Of a DNA stretch of 56,234 nucleotides, positions 37,493-45,880 are shown in pieces. The notes below the pieces were generated by a model that worked only from the letters and a program-made list of their open reading frames with translations, had not been told where the DNA came from and did not search any database. The stretch's first letter is position 1, and each line of letters opens with the position of its first letter. The DNA is taken from positions 1-56,234 of the forward strand of contig CAZMYR010000008.1 in the NCBI GenBank assembly GCA_964570585.1, read 5' to 3'. The translations under genes and the position numbers were made by a program. This DNA is from an uncultured Planctomycetia bacterium. GTDB taxonomy: Bacteria > Omnitrophota > Gorgyraeia > JABMRG01 > JAFGKX01.

Positions 37493-37891
37493 TTATTTTT
37501 TCTCAGACTTCGCAGCAGATTCAATTTCTTTTATGCGCTCGTTTATGGAGCTAATATCTTCCTGCATAGCTTTGGCTTGCTCCCTAAGCATATCTGCTTC
37601 CTGTTGAGGGGCCATTTGTGGAATATACGGATTTCCATACGGCGTTCCGTAATAACTTCCTGCATACGGTGCTCCGTAATAACCCGCTCCGTATGGATAC
37701 GCCCATCGATTCCGGCCATGTCCTCTGCCCCAACCGTAACCTCCGCCCCAGCCACGGCCAAATCCAAACCCCCAACCTCCGCCTGGAATCGGATTCATAT
37801 AACCGGGTACAGGGTAACCAGCACAGTAACCTGCAGCACGACCTGTCATTGGTCCCAATCCAGCAGGACCAGTTCCATCTCCGCCTGGCAT
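37493..37891 (-). CDS. DUF5320 family protein, copy 1
   Basis: MPGGDGTGPAGLGPMTGRAAGYCAGY; G/Y/P-rich middle; C-terminal coiled coil; GGAGG RBS. Confidence 0.85.
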   Translation of the reverse strand: MPGGDGTGPAGLGPMTGRAAGYCAGYPVPGYMNPIPGGGWGFGFGRGWGGGYGWGRGHGRNRWAYPYGAGYYGAPYAGSYYGTPYGNPYIPQMAPQQEADMLREQAKAMQEDISSINERIKEIESAAKSEKK

Positions 37892-37908
37892 CGTAATCAC
37901 CTCCTCTT

Positions 37909-37948
37909 TAGCTTGAAGCTGGAAGGATTTCCTTCCAGCTTCAAGCTA
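37909..37948. repeat. Perfect 18-bp-arm intergenic hairpin
   Basis: TAGCTTGAAGCTGGAAGG-ATTT-CCTTCCAGCTTCAAGCTA. Confidence 0.8.
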
Positions 37949-37961
37949 TTAGATTACCATA

Positions 37962-38570
37962 TTACTTATCTCTTACAAATAAAAGGGGGAATATAATATC
38001 GCTTACGCAACAAGGTATCCAGACCGCAAGGAATAAAAATGAAAAAATAACTATATAGGAAAACCAGTTCAGGCTACCTCCCATAGCCATAATAATATGA
38101 AACAGTGATGCCCAGGTGCTTAATAGAACATGGCCTGCATGAGGGAACTTTGTCGTCGGCCTGAAATATGCTATAGCTACTCCCAATATAGCTAAAGGAT
38201 TTACCAACCACCATTTTTCAATAAAACCTATATGGATACCCCTGTTTGGCATCTTAAGCAAAACCTCTCCTAAATAAGGAATTAATGAATCGCTTAGAGT
38301 AGCAATTCCTATCGAGCCTACATAACCAATGATGAGCAAAATCAAAAGATTGCATTTGGTTTTCAGGCGGCCGCATTTATGAAGCTCATACATAGACGCA
38401 GTAACCAGCGCACTTAAAATAACATGCATTGGATGAAGTATATAAAAAATATTGTAAGAAGCTTTAGAAGATACCTTCTGAAAAAGTACCATAATGACTA
38501 TTCCTGTAATGGCTCCGAAAATAGTAAATGGGGCGTGATTTTTTAATTCTATAGAAATTTGCTTAAACAT
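37962..38570 (-). CDS. His-containing multi-TM membrane protein (possible metal transporter)
   Basis: HAPFT, HPMHV, PHAGHV intramembrane His; CCVSD. Confidence 0.7.
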   Translation of the reverse strand: MFKQISIELKNHAPFTIFGAITGIVIMVLFQKVSSKASYNIFYILHPMHVILSALVTASMYELHKCGRLKTKCNLLILLIIGYVGSIGIATLSDSLIPYLGEVLLKMPNRGIHIGFIEKWWLVNPLAILGVAIAYFRPTTKFPHAGHVLLSTWASLFHIIMAMGGSLNWFSYIVIFSFLFLAVWIPCCVSDIIFPLLFVRDK

Positions 38571-38578
38571 TTTCTCCC

Positions 38579-39442
38579 TTATAATTTTTTTAAAACCATA
38601 CTTGCTAATTTACAGCCGATATGCTCGGCAATAACAGGGCACTTAGCTTTAAATAAAAAATATATAGGCCTTCTTTCCTCACTCAGCGTTTCGTAATTGC
38701 CCTGGCCTTTGCTTATGATAAGTTTGGCATTTTTGTATAATTTAAGGAATTCCCTTGTGCAATATCTTAAGATTGTCCCCGGGGCATCGGAACCGCTTGG
38801 AATAACCCGCGCTATCTTATTTATACCGCAAGTTATAGCATCTTCCATTAATGCGTCATTTATTGCCGGTTTGCTTCTCACAACATAAATTATTTTTTTG
38901 CCAAGTTTATTAAGCTGCTCTATTAAAATCCTATCAAAAACAACCTCACCGGCATTATCCCCAATATATAATATCTTTTTTGCCTTTTTTACATCCTTTT
39001 TAAAATGCGCATAGTCAAATATTTTTTTATCGGCTTTTTTAAAATTTTCCTTAAATAATTTATCGAGCTCCTTTTCTATATTTAGGGAACTCTTTACGCC
39101 GTAATCTATGACATTTCCTGCTATGGCAATCTCAACAGCGGTTAAAAGTTTATCTTTTGCTCTCTTTACCTTTTCTTTTAACTCCGGATATAATGCTAAG
39201 GCAAGTTTATTGCTTTTATCTTTTATTTGCTCAAACGGGTCGGATTTTTGTGTTTTCTCTCTTATAATTCCGTATATGATACGCGCCATTGCCGGCGGCG
39301 TTGAATCAAGCGGAAAGTCTGCAATTGCCCTTGAAACTTCGTCTATTATTGCTTTCTGAGTAATTTCATCAGCGCCTGCAAGTTTTCCTGCATCAAGCGC
39401 CTGTTTTAAAAAACATGGGATACAATCTAAATATGTTTTCAT
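38579..39442 (-). CDS. DUF89/ARMT1-like damage-control phosphatase
   Basis: CIPC, AGNVIDYG, DNAGE, NDA, KGQGNYETL, KAKC. Confidence 0.9.
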   Translation of the reverse strand: MKTYLDCIPCFLKQALDAGKLAGADEITQKAIIDEVSRAIADFPLDSTPPAMARIIYGIIREKTQKSDPFEQIKDKSNKLALALYPELKEKVKRAKDKLLTAVEIAIAGNVIDYGVKSSLNIEKELDKLFKENFKKADKKIFDYAHFKKDVKKAKKILYIGDNAGEVVFDRILIEQLNKLGKKIIYVVRSKPAINDALMEDAITCGINKIARVIPSGSDAPGTILRYCTREFLKLYKNAKLIISKGQGNYETLSEERRPIYFLFKAKCPVIAEHIGCKLASMVLKKL

Positions 39443-39458
39443 TTCTATAAATTATTAG

Positions 39459-39551
39459 GACGCAGATTTTCGCAGATACACGCAGATTATTTTTTAAAAT
39501 TATTAAATGCCTTATATTTAAAACCCTGGAAATCTGCGTTCATCTGCGTCC
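39459..39551. repeat. CGCAGAT tandem/inverted repeat element
   Basis: Three 10-bp-spaced CGCAGAT units (39461-39487) facing two ATCTGCG units (39532-39548). Confidence 0.7.
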
Positions 39552-39589
39552 AAAAAAAGGAAATTCCTATACTATAAATTTACCTCTGT

Positions 39590-39796
39590 CTATTTTAGAT
39601 TTTTATCAATTGTTCCATCCGGCAGCATATTATCGGGATGGTATAACCCTTCTTCTTCCATCTTTTTTCTTACGCAATTTGGATTATTGCTCCAGCAATA
39701 ATCCTGGACCCATCTTTTATCAAGCTTCCCTTGTTCATAAAATCTTTTAAGAGGGCAGACAGCAAACCACTTGCAAACATTTTTATCGTTCATGGC
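39590..39796 (-). CDS. Small Cys-rich conserved hypothetical protein
   Basis: CKWFAVCP...YC..CVRKKMEE..HPDNMLPDG; start at MNDKN overlapping the upstream stop. Confidence 0.75.
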   Translation of the reverse strand, partial: AMNDKNVCKWFAVCPLKRFYEQGKLDKRWVQDYCWSNNPNCVRKKMEEEGLYHPDNMLPDGTIDKNLK

Positions 39797-40437
39797 TGTA
39801 TTTGCTTCCTTGCTAATAAAATCCAATGGCACTTCTCTTTATAATTTTTGATTTCATACCCTAACCCGTGAAAATAAGAATAAATATAATCTCTTCCCAT
39901 TCCAACGTCCCGGTGTACTCTACCCTCTTGCCTATGAACAGCGTTTACTATTTTCATTCCCCTTTTATTAAAATCTGCTAAGATAAGCTTGCCATCAGCG
40001 CATAAAACCCTATCCGTTTCTAAAAGAAGTGCATTAATGTTGTCTATATGGTGAAATAAATTCACAATAACTACATTTTTAAAACTGCTATCCGTAAAAG
40101 TCAAGGATTTTCCGTCCATTACATAAAATTTAACGTTAGAAAGAACATTTTCATAAGCAAGATTTAAAGCCGCTATCTTTAACGCCTCTTTGTCTTTATC
40201 TACTGAAATGAATTTATATCCGGATTTTGCCAGAATCAGGGTTGCATGTCCATTGCCGGCGCCGATTTCTAAAATGTTACCCTGCAGTGGATATGCTTTT
40301 GTTAATATGAATTCTCTTACTTTTGTAAAATCAAGACCTTTTCTTTTATAAACTGACATTCGTTCACTAAAGTGTTTGTGATTCTCTTTGATATCTTCAT
40401 CAGTTAGTTTTGGTATATATTCACTTTTGTAGTTCAT
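39790..40437 (-). CDS. Class I SAM-dependent methyltransferase
   Basis: ILEIGAGNG motif I; VMDG; NLFHH. Confidence 0.85.
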   Translation of the reverse strand: MNYKSEYIPKLTDEDIKENHKHFSERMSVYKRKGLDFTKVREFILTKAYPLQGNILEIGAGNGHATLILAKSGYKFISVDKDKEALKIAALNLAYENVLSNVKFYVMDGKSLTFTDSSFKNVVIVNLFHHIDNINALLLETDRVLCADGKLILADFNKRGMKIVNAVHRQEGRVHRDVGMGRDYIYSYFHGLGYEIKNYKEKCHWILLARKQIQP

Positions 40438-41314
40438 TCCAGATTTTAATAATTTCTTTTTTGGCTTTTCCGTCCGGATATTCTATTATTGTCTTGCCTT
40501 CTACCAGTGCCTTTACTATAGATTCATCAAAACTCACTTTACCGATAAGCTGGATATTGTTATCTTTGCAATATTTTTCTATATTTTTTGTCATCTCCAT
40601 ATTTAAATCATATTTATTTACAACGAGTTTGACTAAAATCCCAAAATGTTTAGCTACACCTATAACTCTATCTGCATCATGCAGGCCTGATAAAGTAGGT
40701 TCGGTTACCACCAATGCGCAATCTATGCCTGAAATAGATGCAATAACCGGACAACCAATCCCCGGAGCGCCATCTACGATAACCCAATCCAAATTTTGTC
40801 TTTCCGCTATCTCTTTTGCTTTTTTCCTTACCAGAGTAACGAGTTTGCCTGAATTTTCCTCTGCTATCCCAAGTTTTGCATGTACCATTGGTCCATATTT
40901 TGTATCGGATATAAACCACTCACCGGATATGTTCTCCTTCATCTGGATTGCTCCGACAGGACAAATATAGCTGCAGACAGCGCATCCTTCACAGGAGATA
41001 GGGTTTATATTAATCCCCACACCAAAATTTTTGGTGTGGGGATTAATCTCATCGTTATTTTTTGAAATTGCCGAAAATCGGCAAACCTCAATACATTTTT
41101 CGCACTTTGTGCATTTTTCTTTATCTATAATTGCGGCTTTACCGCCTTTAAATTCCTGCCTTTGCTTTATATCGGGATGCAAAAGAAGGTGTAAATCGGC
41201 TGCGTCAACATCACAATCAGCCATTACTTTATTTTTAGCTAAAGCCGCAAAAGCGGCTGTAATTACAGTCTTACCGGTTCCGCCTTTACCGCTTATTATG
41301 ACTATCTGCTTCAT
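40421..41314 (-). CDS. MinD-superfamily P-loop ATPase with inserted ferredoxin (COG1149), copy B
   Basis: SGKGGTGKT, DCDVDAADLH, two CxxCxxC..CP motifs, ENSGKLV, DGAPGIGCP, VTEPT. Confidence 0.9.
   Translation of the reverse strand: MKQIVIISGKGGTGKTVITAAFAALAKNKVMADCDVDAADLHLLLHPDIKQRQEFKGGKAAIIDKEKCTKCEKCIEVCRFSAISKNNDEINPHTKNFGVGININPISCEGCAVCSYICPVGAIQMKENISGEWFISDTKYGPMVHAKLGIAEENSGKLVTLVRKKAKEIAERQNLDWVIVDGAPGIGCPVIASISGIDCALVVTEPTLSGLHDADRVIGVAKHFGILVKLVVNKYDLNMEMTKNIEKYCKDNNIQLIGKVSFDESIVKALVEGKTIIEYPDGKAKKEIIKIWNELQK
41009..41047. repeat. 39-bp palindrome inserted in frame in the ATPase ferredoxin domain
   Basis: ATTAATCCCCACACCAAAATTTTTGGTGTGGGGATTAAT; encodes INPHTKNFGVGIN. Confidence 0.85.
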
Positions 41315-41319
41315 TGCGA

Positions 41320-42078
41320 TTAAAACCTATAAGATAAATTTCTCTTGTGTAAAATCATCCCCAAAAATAAAAATATGGCTGTGGATATGAATAGAATACC
41401 TAAACTAAAACCGATTGGAAACTGGTGTTCTTCATGAAAGCTATATCGTAAAATATCAACGGTATAGGTCAGGGGAGAAAACCTGGCAATTAATTTTCCC
41501 AGCCCGGGCAATTTATTAAAGGATATAAATATCCCGCTTATAAAAACAAGGGGCAGACGAACTAAATTAGACAGCATCATTATATTAGAAGGATTATCCG
41601 TAGCCGGTGAAGAAAGCAGGATTCCCAAACAAGAAAAACTGAGACTGGATAAAGTTACCCCGGCTATTAAAATAATCAGGCTCTTTAAACCGATCAAAAC
41701 AAAAGGAATGCTAAAAAGAAAAAGGACTAAAGTAACTCCTACGCCAAAAAGAAAACTTGCCAATGCATCTCCTAAAAGGATAAACTCTAAAGAAACCGGG
41801 CAGCTGATAAGTCTCTCTAAAGTGCGAAGCCTGGTCTCCCATGGTGTAATTATCGGGCCAACAGAAGAAGAGGTAAAAAAGACTGCTATGGCAAGCACTA
41901 CTGGCAACAGAGAGGTAAAAGGCATATTTTTACCCAGAAAAAATGCAAGAAAAAGAAAACAGGGAAAGATAAGGCCATAAATGAGAACAGGGGCTTTTAG
42001 ATAATAGATATTTATATCTTTCTTGGTTATTGCCCAAGCACTCTTAATTTGACTAAAAAGAGGGTTTTTTTCTTTCAT
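41320..42078 (-). CDS. ABC-2 type exporter permease
   Basis: Six TM segments; LERL..P, FISGIF, SPLTY. Confidence 0.88.
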   Translation of the reverse strand: MKEKNPLFSQIKSAWAITKKDINIYYLKAPVLIYGLIFPCFLFLAFFLGKNMPFTSLLPVVLAIAVFFTSSSVGPIITPWETRLRTLERLISCPVSLEFILLGDALASFLFGVGVTLVLFLFSIPFVLIGLKSLIILIAGVTLSSLSFSCLGILLSSPATDNPSNIMMLSNLVRLPLVFISGIFISFNKLPGLGKLIARFSPLTYTVDILRYSFHEEHQFPIGFSLGILFISTAIFLFLGMILHKRNLSYRF

Positions 42079-43015
42079 AATCCCAACCTTTATGTTCTTC
42101 GGTAATCTTGATGAAAACCTCTTCTAGATCCGGACCCAAGGTATTCAGACTAATAATTTTTAATCCTCTTTCTTTGGAAAAATCCAAAACTTTTGCTACT
42201 AACTCATCTGGGTTGTTGGTATAAAGTTTAAATTTATCGCCGGTTTTTTGCAACTTATTTACGTATCCTATTTTTGCCAAATTACCTTCATCTTTTATAG
42301 GTACATTAAATACTACTTCAATTACCTGGACGGATTGAAATTCTTTTTTTAGATTTTTCGGGCTATCAATGGTAGCAATCAGGCCGTGGTCAATAATAGC
42401 AATTCGATGGCAAAGTTCATCTGCTTCCTGAATATTATGTGTAGACAAAAATATAGTAATACCTTCGTTGTTGAATTTAGAAATCATTTCTCTAATGAGA
42501 CGTCTACTAGAAACATCCAGCCCTGAGGTTGGCTCATCGAGAAAAAGAAGTTGCGGGTTATGGATTAAGGCCATACCCAAAAGCAACTTTTGCTTCATCC
42601 CTTTAGAAAATACCTTAACTTTTTCGTCTTTTCTATCATATAGATTGAAAATTTCAAGGAGTTCACCGGCCTTTTTGACTCTGTTCTGTTTAGAAACCCC
42701 GTATAACTGTCCGGTTAGCATCAGATTATCCCAGGCGCTCAAATCAGTATAAGCATTGGCCATCTCTGGAACAACGCCAATTCCGGATTTGGCATGAAAG
42801 GCTCGCCGCTCAATATCGAAGCCCATAACTTTTGCCGAACCAGAGGTTGGCGCAATAACACCGGTTAGAATCCTTTGAGTTGTTGTCTTGCCCGCGCCAT
42901 TTGGGCCTAAAAAGCCAAAGATTTTCCCCTTCTCAACCTGAAAGTCAATATTATTAACTGCCAGAACACCCGGATATTGTTTAGTTAAACCTCTAACTTC
43001 AATAGCCAAATTCAT
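42053..43015 (-). CDS. ABC exporter ATP-binding protein (DrrA-like)
   Basis: GPNGAGKTT, FSKGMKQ, LDEPTSGLD, STH. Confidence 0.93.
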   Translation of the reverse strand: MNLAIEVRGLTKQYPGVLAVNNIDFQVEKGKIFGFLGPNGAGKTTTQRILTGVIAPTSGSAKVMGFDIERRAFHAKSGIGVVPEMANAYTDLSAWDNLMLTGQLYGVSKQNRVKKAGELLEIFNLYDRKDEKVKVFSKGMKQKLLLGMALIHNPQLLFLDEPTSGLDVSSRRLIREMISKFNNEGITIFLSTHNIQEADELCHRIAIIDHGLIATIDSPKNLKKEFQSVQVIEVVFNVPIKDEGNLAKIGYVNKLQKTGDKFKLYTNNPDELVAKVLDFSKERGLKIISLNTLGPDLEEVFIKITEEHKGWDYERKKPSF

Positions 43016-43860
43016 TCTTTCTTTAATTTATTGATATAATCCTGTATCGATTTAAATAAATCCCTAAATTTTTGTTTATATTCCGGAAATTCCTCAACGA
43101 TAAGCCTACCTTTCGAATAAGCCGTGGCTATTTCTTTCTTAAAAGGAATTTTCATTAATACTGGTATATTTTCCTTATCACAATAGGCTTCTGTTTTTTT
43201 ATTTCCTAAATCGGAGCGATTAACAACAACACCAAATGGTATTTTAAGTTTTCTTAAAACTTCAACTGCCAAAGTTAAATCATATAAACCAAAAGGGGTC
43301 GGTTCTGTAACCAATATACAAAAATCACTTCCTTTTACCGCTTCTATTACAGGACAGGATGTTCCCGGCGGAACATCGATAATAACTGTTCTGGTCGGAT
43401 TTATATATTTTTTAACCTCTCTTATTAAAGGGGGCGACATAACCTCGCCAATATTTAATTTGCCATGTATAAATTGCATACTATTAACATTGCCAACTTC
43501 GATTAAGCCGATTTCTCTTCCTTCTTCTGAAATAGCGCCTTGAGGACAAAGGAGCATACATCCGCCGCAACTATGGCATAATTCAGGAAATATTAAAACT
43601 TTGTCTTTTAAAACAGCAATGGCATTATACTGGCAAACTTCCTGGCACTTGCCGCAAAAATTACATTTTCCTTTATTTATCTTTGGTACAGGTACACCAA
43701 TCTTATATTTGCTCTTAATGGCTGGCTTAAGAAAAATATGAGCATTTGGTTCTTCTACATCGCAATCTAAGAATTGGGTATTTTTTATAGACAAGGCAAG
43801 ATTGACAGCTACAGTGGTCTTTCCTGTGCCGCCTTTTCCGCTGGCAACTGAGATAATCAT
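43012..43860 (-). CDS. MinD-superfamily P-loop ATPase with inserted ferredoxin (COG1149), copy A
   Basis: SGKGGTGKT, DCDVEEPN, CNFCGKC, CHSCGGC, DVPPGTSCP, VTEPTPFG. Confidence 0.9.
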   Translation of the reverse strand: MIISVASGKGGTGKTTVAVNLALSIKNTQFLDCDVEEPNAHIFLKPAIKSKYKIGVPVPKINKGKCNFCGKCQEVCQYNAIAVLKDKVLIFPELCHSCGGCMLLCPQGAISEEGREIGLIEVGNVNSMQFIHGKLNIGEVMSPPLIREVKKYINPTRTVIIDVPPGTSCPVIEAVKGSDFCILVTEPTPFGLYDLTLAVEVLRKLKIPFGVVVNRSDLGNKKTEAYCDKENIPVLMKIPFKKEIATAYSKGRLIVEEFPEYKQKFRDLFKSIQDYINKLKKE

Positions 43861-43878
43861 ATTTTTATTATTACTTTA

Positions 43879-44103
43879 TTATTGCCGTATCATCTTTGAG
43901 CCGCATTTTTGGCACGTCATGTTATAACAAGGTACACCTACTTTGTGAGGGGCTTTTGCTCCGCAGCTAGGACAGACACAATCGCCGCTGGGGCCTGCTC
44001 CCGGGCGATTACCACCCATTCTGCCTCGGCCACCGCCTCTACCCATACCTCTTCCTGTTCCCGGCCCTCCTCCAAATGGTCCTGTTCCATCTCCTCCTGG
44101 CAT
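43879..44103 (-). CDS. Gly-rich DUF5320-like peptide with C-terminal CxCxxC..CxxC zinc ribbon
   Basis: MPGGDGTGP...GDCVCPSCG...CQKCGSKM; GGAGG RBS. Confidence 0.8.
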   Translation of the reverse strand: MPGGDGTGPFGGGPGTGRGMGRGGGRGRMGGNRPGAGPSGDCVCPSCGAKAPHKVGVPCYNMTCQKCGSKMIRQ

Positions 44104-44114
44104 TTTTTCCTCCT

Positions 44115-44288
44115 TTATCCTGGAAGCGAAATTGCTTCATTTGGACACTCATTTACACAAGCGCCACACTCTATGCATTCATCATTGATAACCGCTTTTT
44201 CATCCATTATCTTTATAGCATCAACCGGACACACTTCAATACATCTATTACACGCGGTGCATTTCTCTTTATCTACAATAGCAGCCAT
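44115..44288 (-). CDS. 57-aa 2[4Fe-4S] ferredoxin (not in ORF track)
   Basis: MAAIVDKEKCTACNRCIEVCPVDAI...CIECGACVNECPNEAISLPG. Confidence 0.92.
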   Translation of the reverse strand: MAAIVDKEKCTACNRCIEVCPVDAIKIMDEKAVINDECIECGACVNECPNEAISLPG

Positions 44289-44291
44289 ATT

Positions 44292-44834
44292 TCATTCCTC
44301 CGTTTCCTTATTTTTTTCCAACTCTTCAATCTTTTGGATAATTTGCCTAAGTTGCTCCTGCATTGCCTTAGCCTGTTCTTTTAACATCTTAACTTCATCC
44401 TCTTTACCGGCTGGTTTAGGCTCTGCTTGAGGTGCTTGCCTTAAGCCAATTCCTCTTCCTCCACCCATACTTCCTAACCCAAATTTTGAACTCACAGTTG
44501 CGCCCTGTGTTGAGTTAAATTCACCTTTTTTATATTTTTCTACTGCTTCTTTTATTGGGCCTGAAATTCCTGTTATAATTTCAACTCCGGCTGCTTGCAA
44601 TGTCTGAAATGCATTAGGGCCGACATTTCCTGTTAAAACTGCTTTGATGCCTTTACCTGCAACAAGCTGTCCTGATACAACACCGGCGCCACCCATAGCA
44701 GATACACTGGGATTTTCAACTGCTTCAAATTCTAATGTATCCGGATCTACGATGATGAAATATTGGCATCTGCCAAACCGTGGGTCAACCTGGGAATCTA
44801 AATTGTCTCCTTGTGAACTTATGCATATCTTCAT
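44292..44834 (-). CDS. NifB/NifX-family protein with C-terminal DUF5320-type coiled coil
   Basis: DPRFGRCQYF, GNVGPNAF; tail EDEVKMLKEQAKAMQEQL. Confidence 0.88.
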   Translation of the reverse strand: MKICISSQGDNLDSQVDPRFGRCQYFIIVDPDTLEFEAVENPSVSAMGGAGVVSGQLVAGKGIKAVLTGNVGPNAFQTLQAAGVEIITGISGPIKEAVEKYKKGEFNSTQGATVSSKFGLGSMGGGRGIGLRQAPQAEPKPAGKEDEVKMLKEQAKAMQEQLRQIIQKIEELEKNKETEE

Positions 44835-44850
44835 ATTTTAGTCCCTTCTT

Positions 44851-45231
44851 TTAATCTGGGTGTTCGCACTCTGTCTTATCTACGCCATAACCTCTGCCTG
44901 CACCTGGCCTGCATAGGTTTTCTCCACCTTCAAGAGTGCCTTTCAGGATTTTATCTATTGTCTCATCTATAGTGCCGGTAATTCCTACTACTACCTCTAT
45001 TCCCTGCTCTGTAAATAAACCAGACGCTCTTTGTCCCATAGCTCCGGCAATAATAGCAGTCACTCCTCTTTCATGTAGAAATTGTGGCAAAAATCCAGGG
45101 TGATGCCCTGGATTATCGATAGTTTCTTTATTTATTAATTTCCCATCTTCAATTTCTACAATTGTAAAGGAGGGACAGCGCCCAAAATGGGCAGATACAA
45201 AACTTCCCTCTGTAGATATGGCTATTTTCAA
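44851..45231 (-). CDS. NifB/NifX-family protein
   Basis: SAHFGRCPSF, NPGHHPG, GAMGQRA. Confidence 0.88.
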   Translation of the reverse strand: MKIAISTEGSFVSAHFGRCPSFTIVEIEDGKLINKETIDNPGHHPGFLPQFLHERGVTAIIAGAMGQRASGLFTEQGIEVVVGITGTIDETIDKILKGTLEGGENLCRPGAGRGYGVDKTECEHPD

Positions 45232-45381
45232 AACCTACCTCCAAACTTTGCAAAGCCCCTCATATACATTCGGGACTTCGTCCCCAATTCACCCTCGCCA
45301 TAACTTTAGCGAAGGATGAAACAAAATTTATCCCGAACGGCGCTTTTCCATTTACAATGTAGAAAAGCACCGGGGGACTAT

Positions 45382-45816
45382 TTATCCCTGCTGTTTTTCT
45401 TTCTTAGCTGCAGATTCCAGTTCCTTTATGCGCTCGTTGATTGCTTTCATTTCATCCTGCATTGCTTTGGCTTCATCTTTCAGCATATCTGATTCTTGCT
45501 GTGGAGTTATCTGCGGGTCATATGGATTAGCGCCATATGGATTAACACCATATGCTCCATATGGGGAAGCATATGGATAGCCACCATATGGATAACCATA
45601 ACCAGCTCCCCAGCCAAAACCTCTGCCCAAGCCACGGCCTCTGCCACGACCCCAGCCACGGCCAAAGCCGAACCCACGACCAAAACCACGGCCAAAACCG
45701 CCTCTTCCGGAAATTGGATTCATATAGCCTGGTACAGGATATCCAGCGCAATAACCTGCAGCCCTACCTGTCATTGAACCTAAGCCTGCCGGTCCTGTTC
45801 TATCTCCTCCTGGCAT
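45382..45816 (-). CDS. DUF5320 family protein, copy 2
   Basis: MPGGDRTGPAGLGSMTGRAAGYCAGY; GRG and GYP repeats; coiled coil. Confidence 0.85.
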   Translation of the reverse strand: MPGGDRTGPAGLGSMTGRAAGYCAGYPVPGYMNPISGRGGFGRGFGRGFGFGRGWGRGRGRGLGRGFGWGAGYGYPYGGYPYASPYGAYGVNPYGANPYDPQITPQQESDMLKDEAKAMQDEMKAINERIKELESAAKKEKQQG

Positions 45817-45849
45817 CTTAAACACCCCCTTTCGTTACTGTCATATTAT

Positions 45850-45864
45850 TGAAAATCATTTTCA
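45850..45864. promoter_or_regulatory. Fur-box-like 7-1-7 palindrome
   Basis: TGAAAAT-C-ATTTTCA between fur and the DUF5320 gene. Confidence 0.7.
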
Positions 45865-45880
45865 TTAAATAAACCAAAAA

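Noticed and set aside
44292-45231. Nitrogen fixation inferred from NifB/NifX-like genes
   Set aside because: No nifH/D/K/E/N in the window; these stand-alone domains are common in non-diazotrophic anaerobes.
45500-45715. Repeats such as CCAAAACCACGG and CCATATGG as a possible CRISPR or tandem array
   Set aside because: They encode the GRG/GFG and GYP repeats of DUF5320; no spacers and no cas genes.
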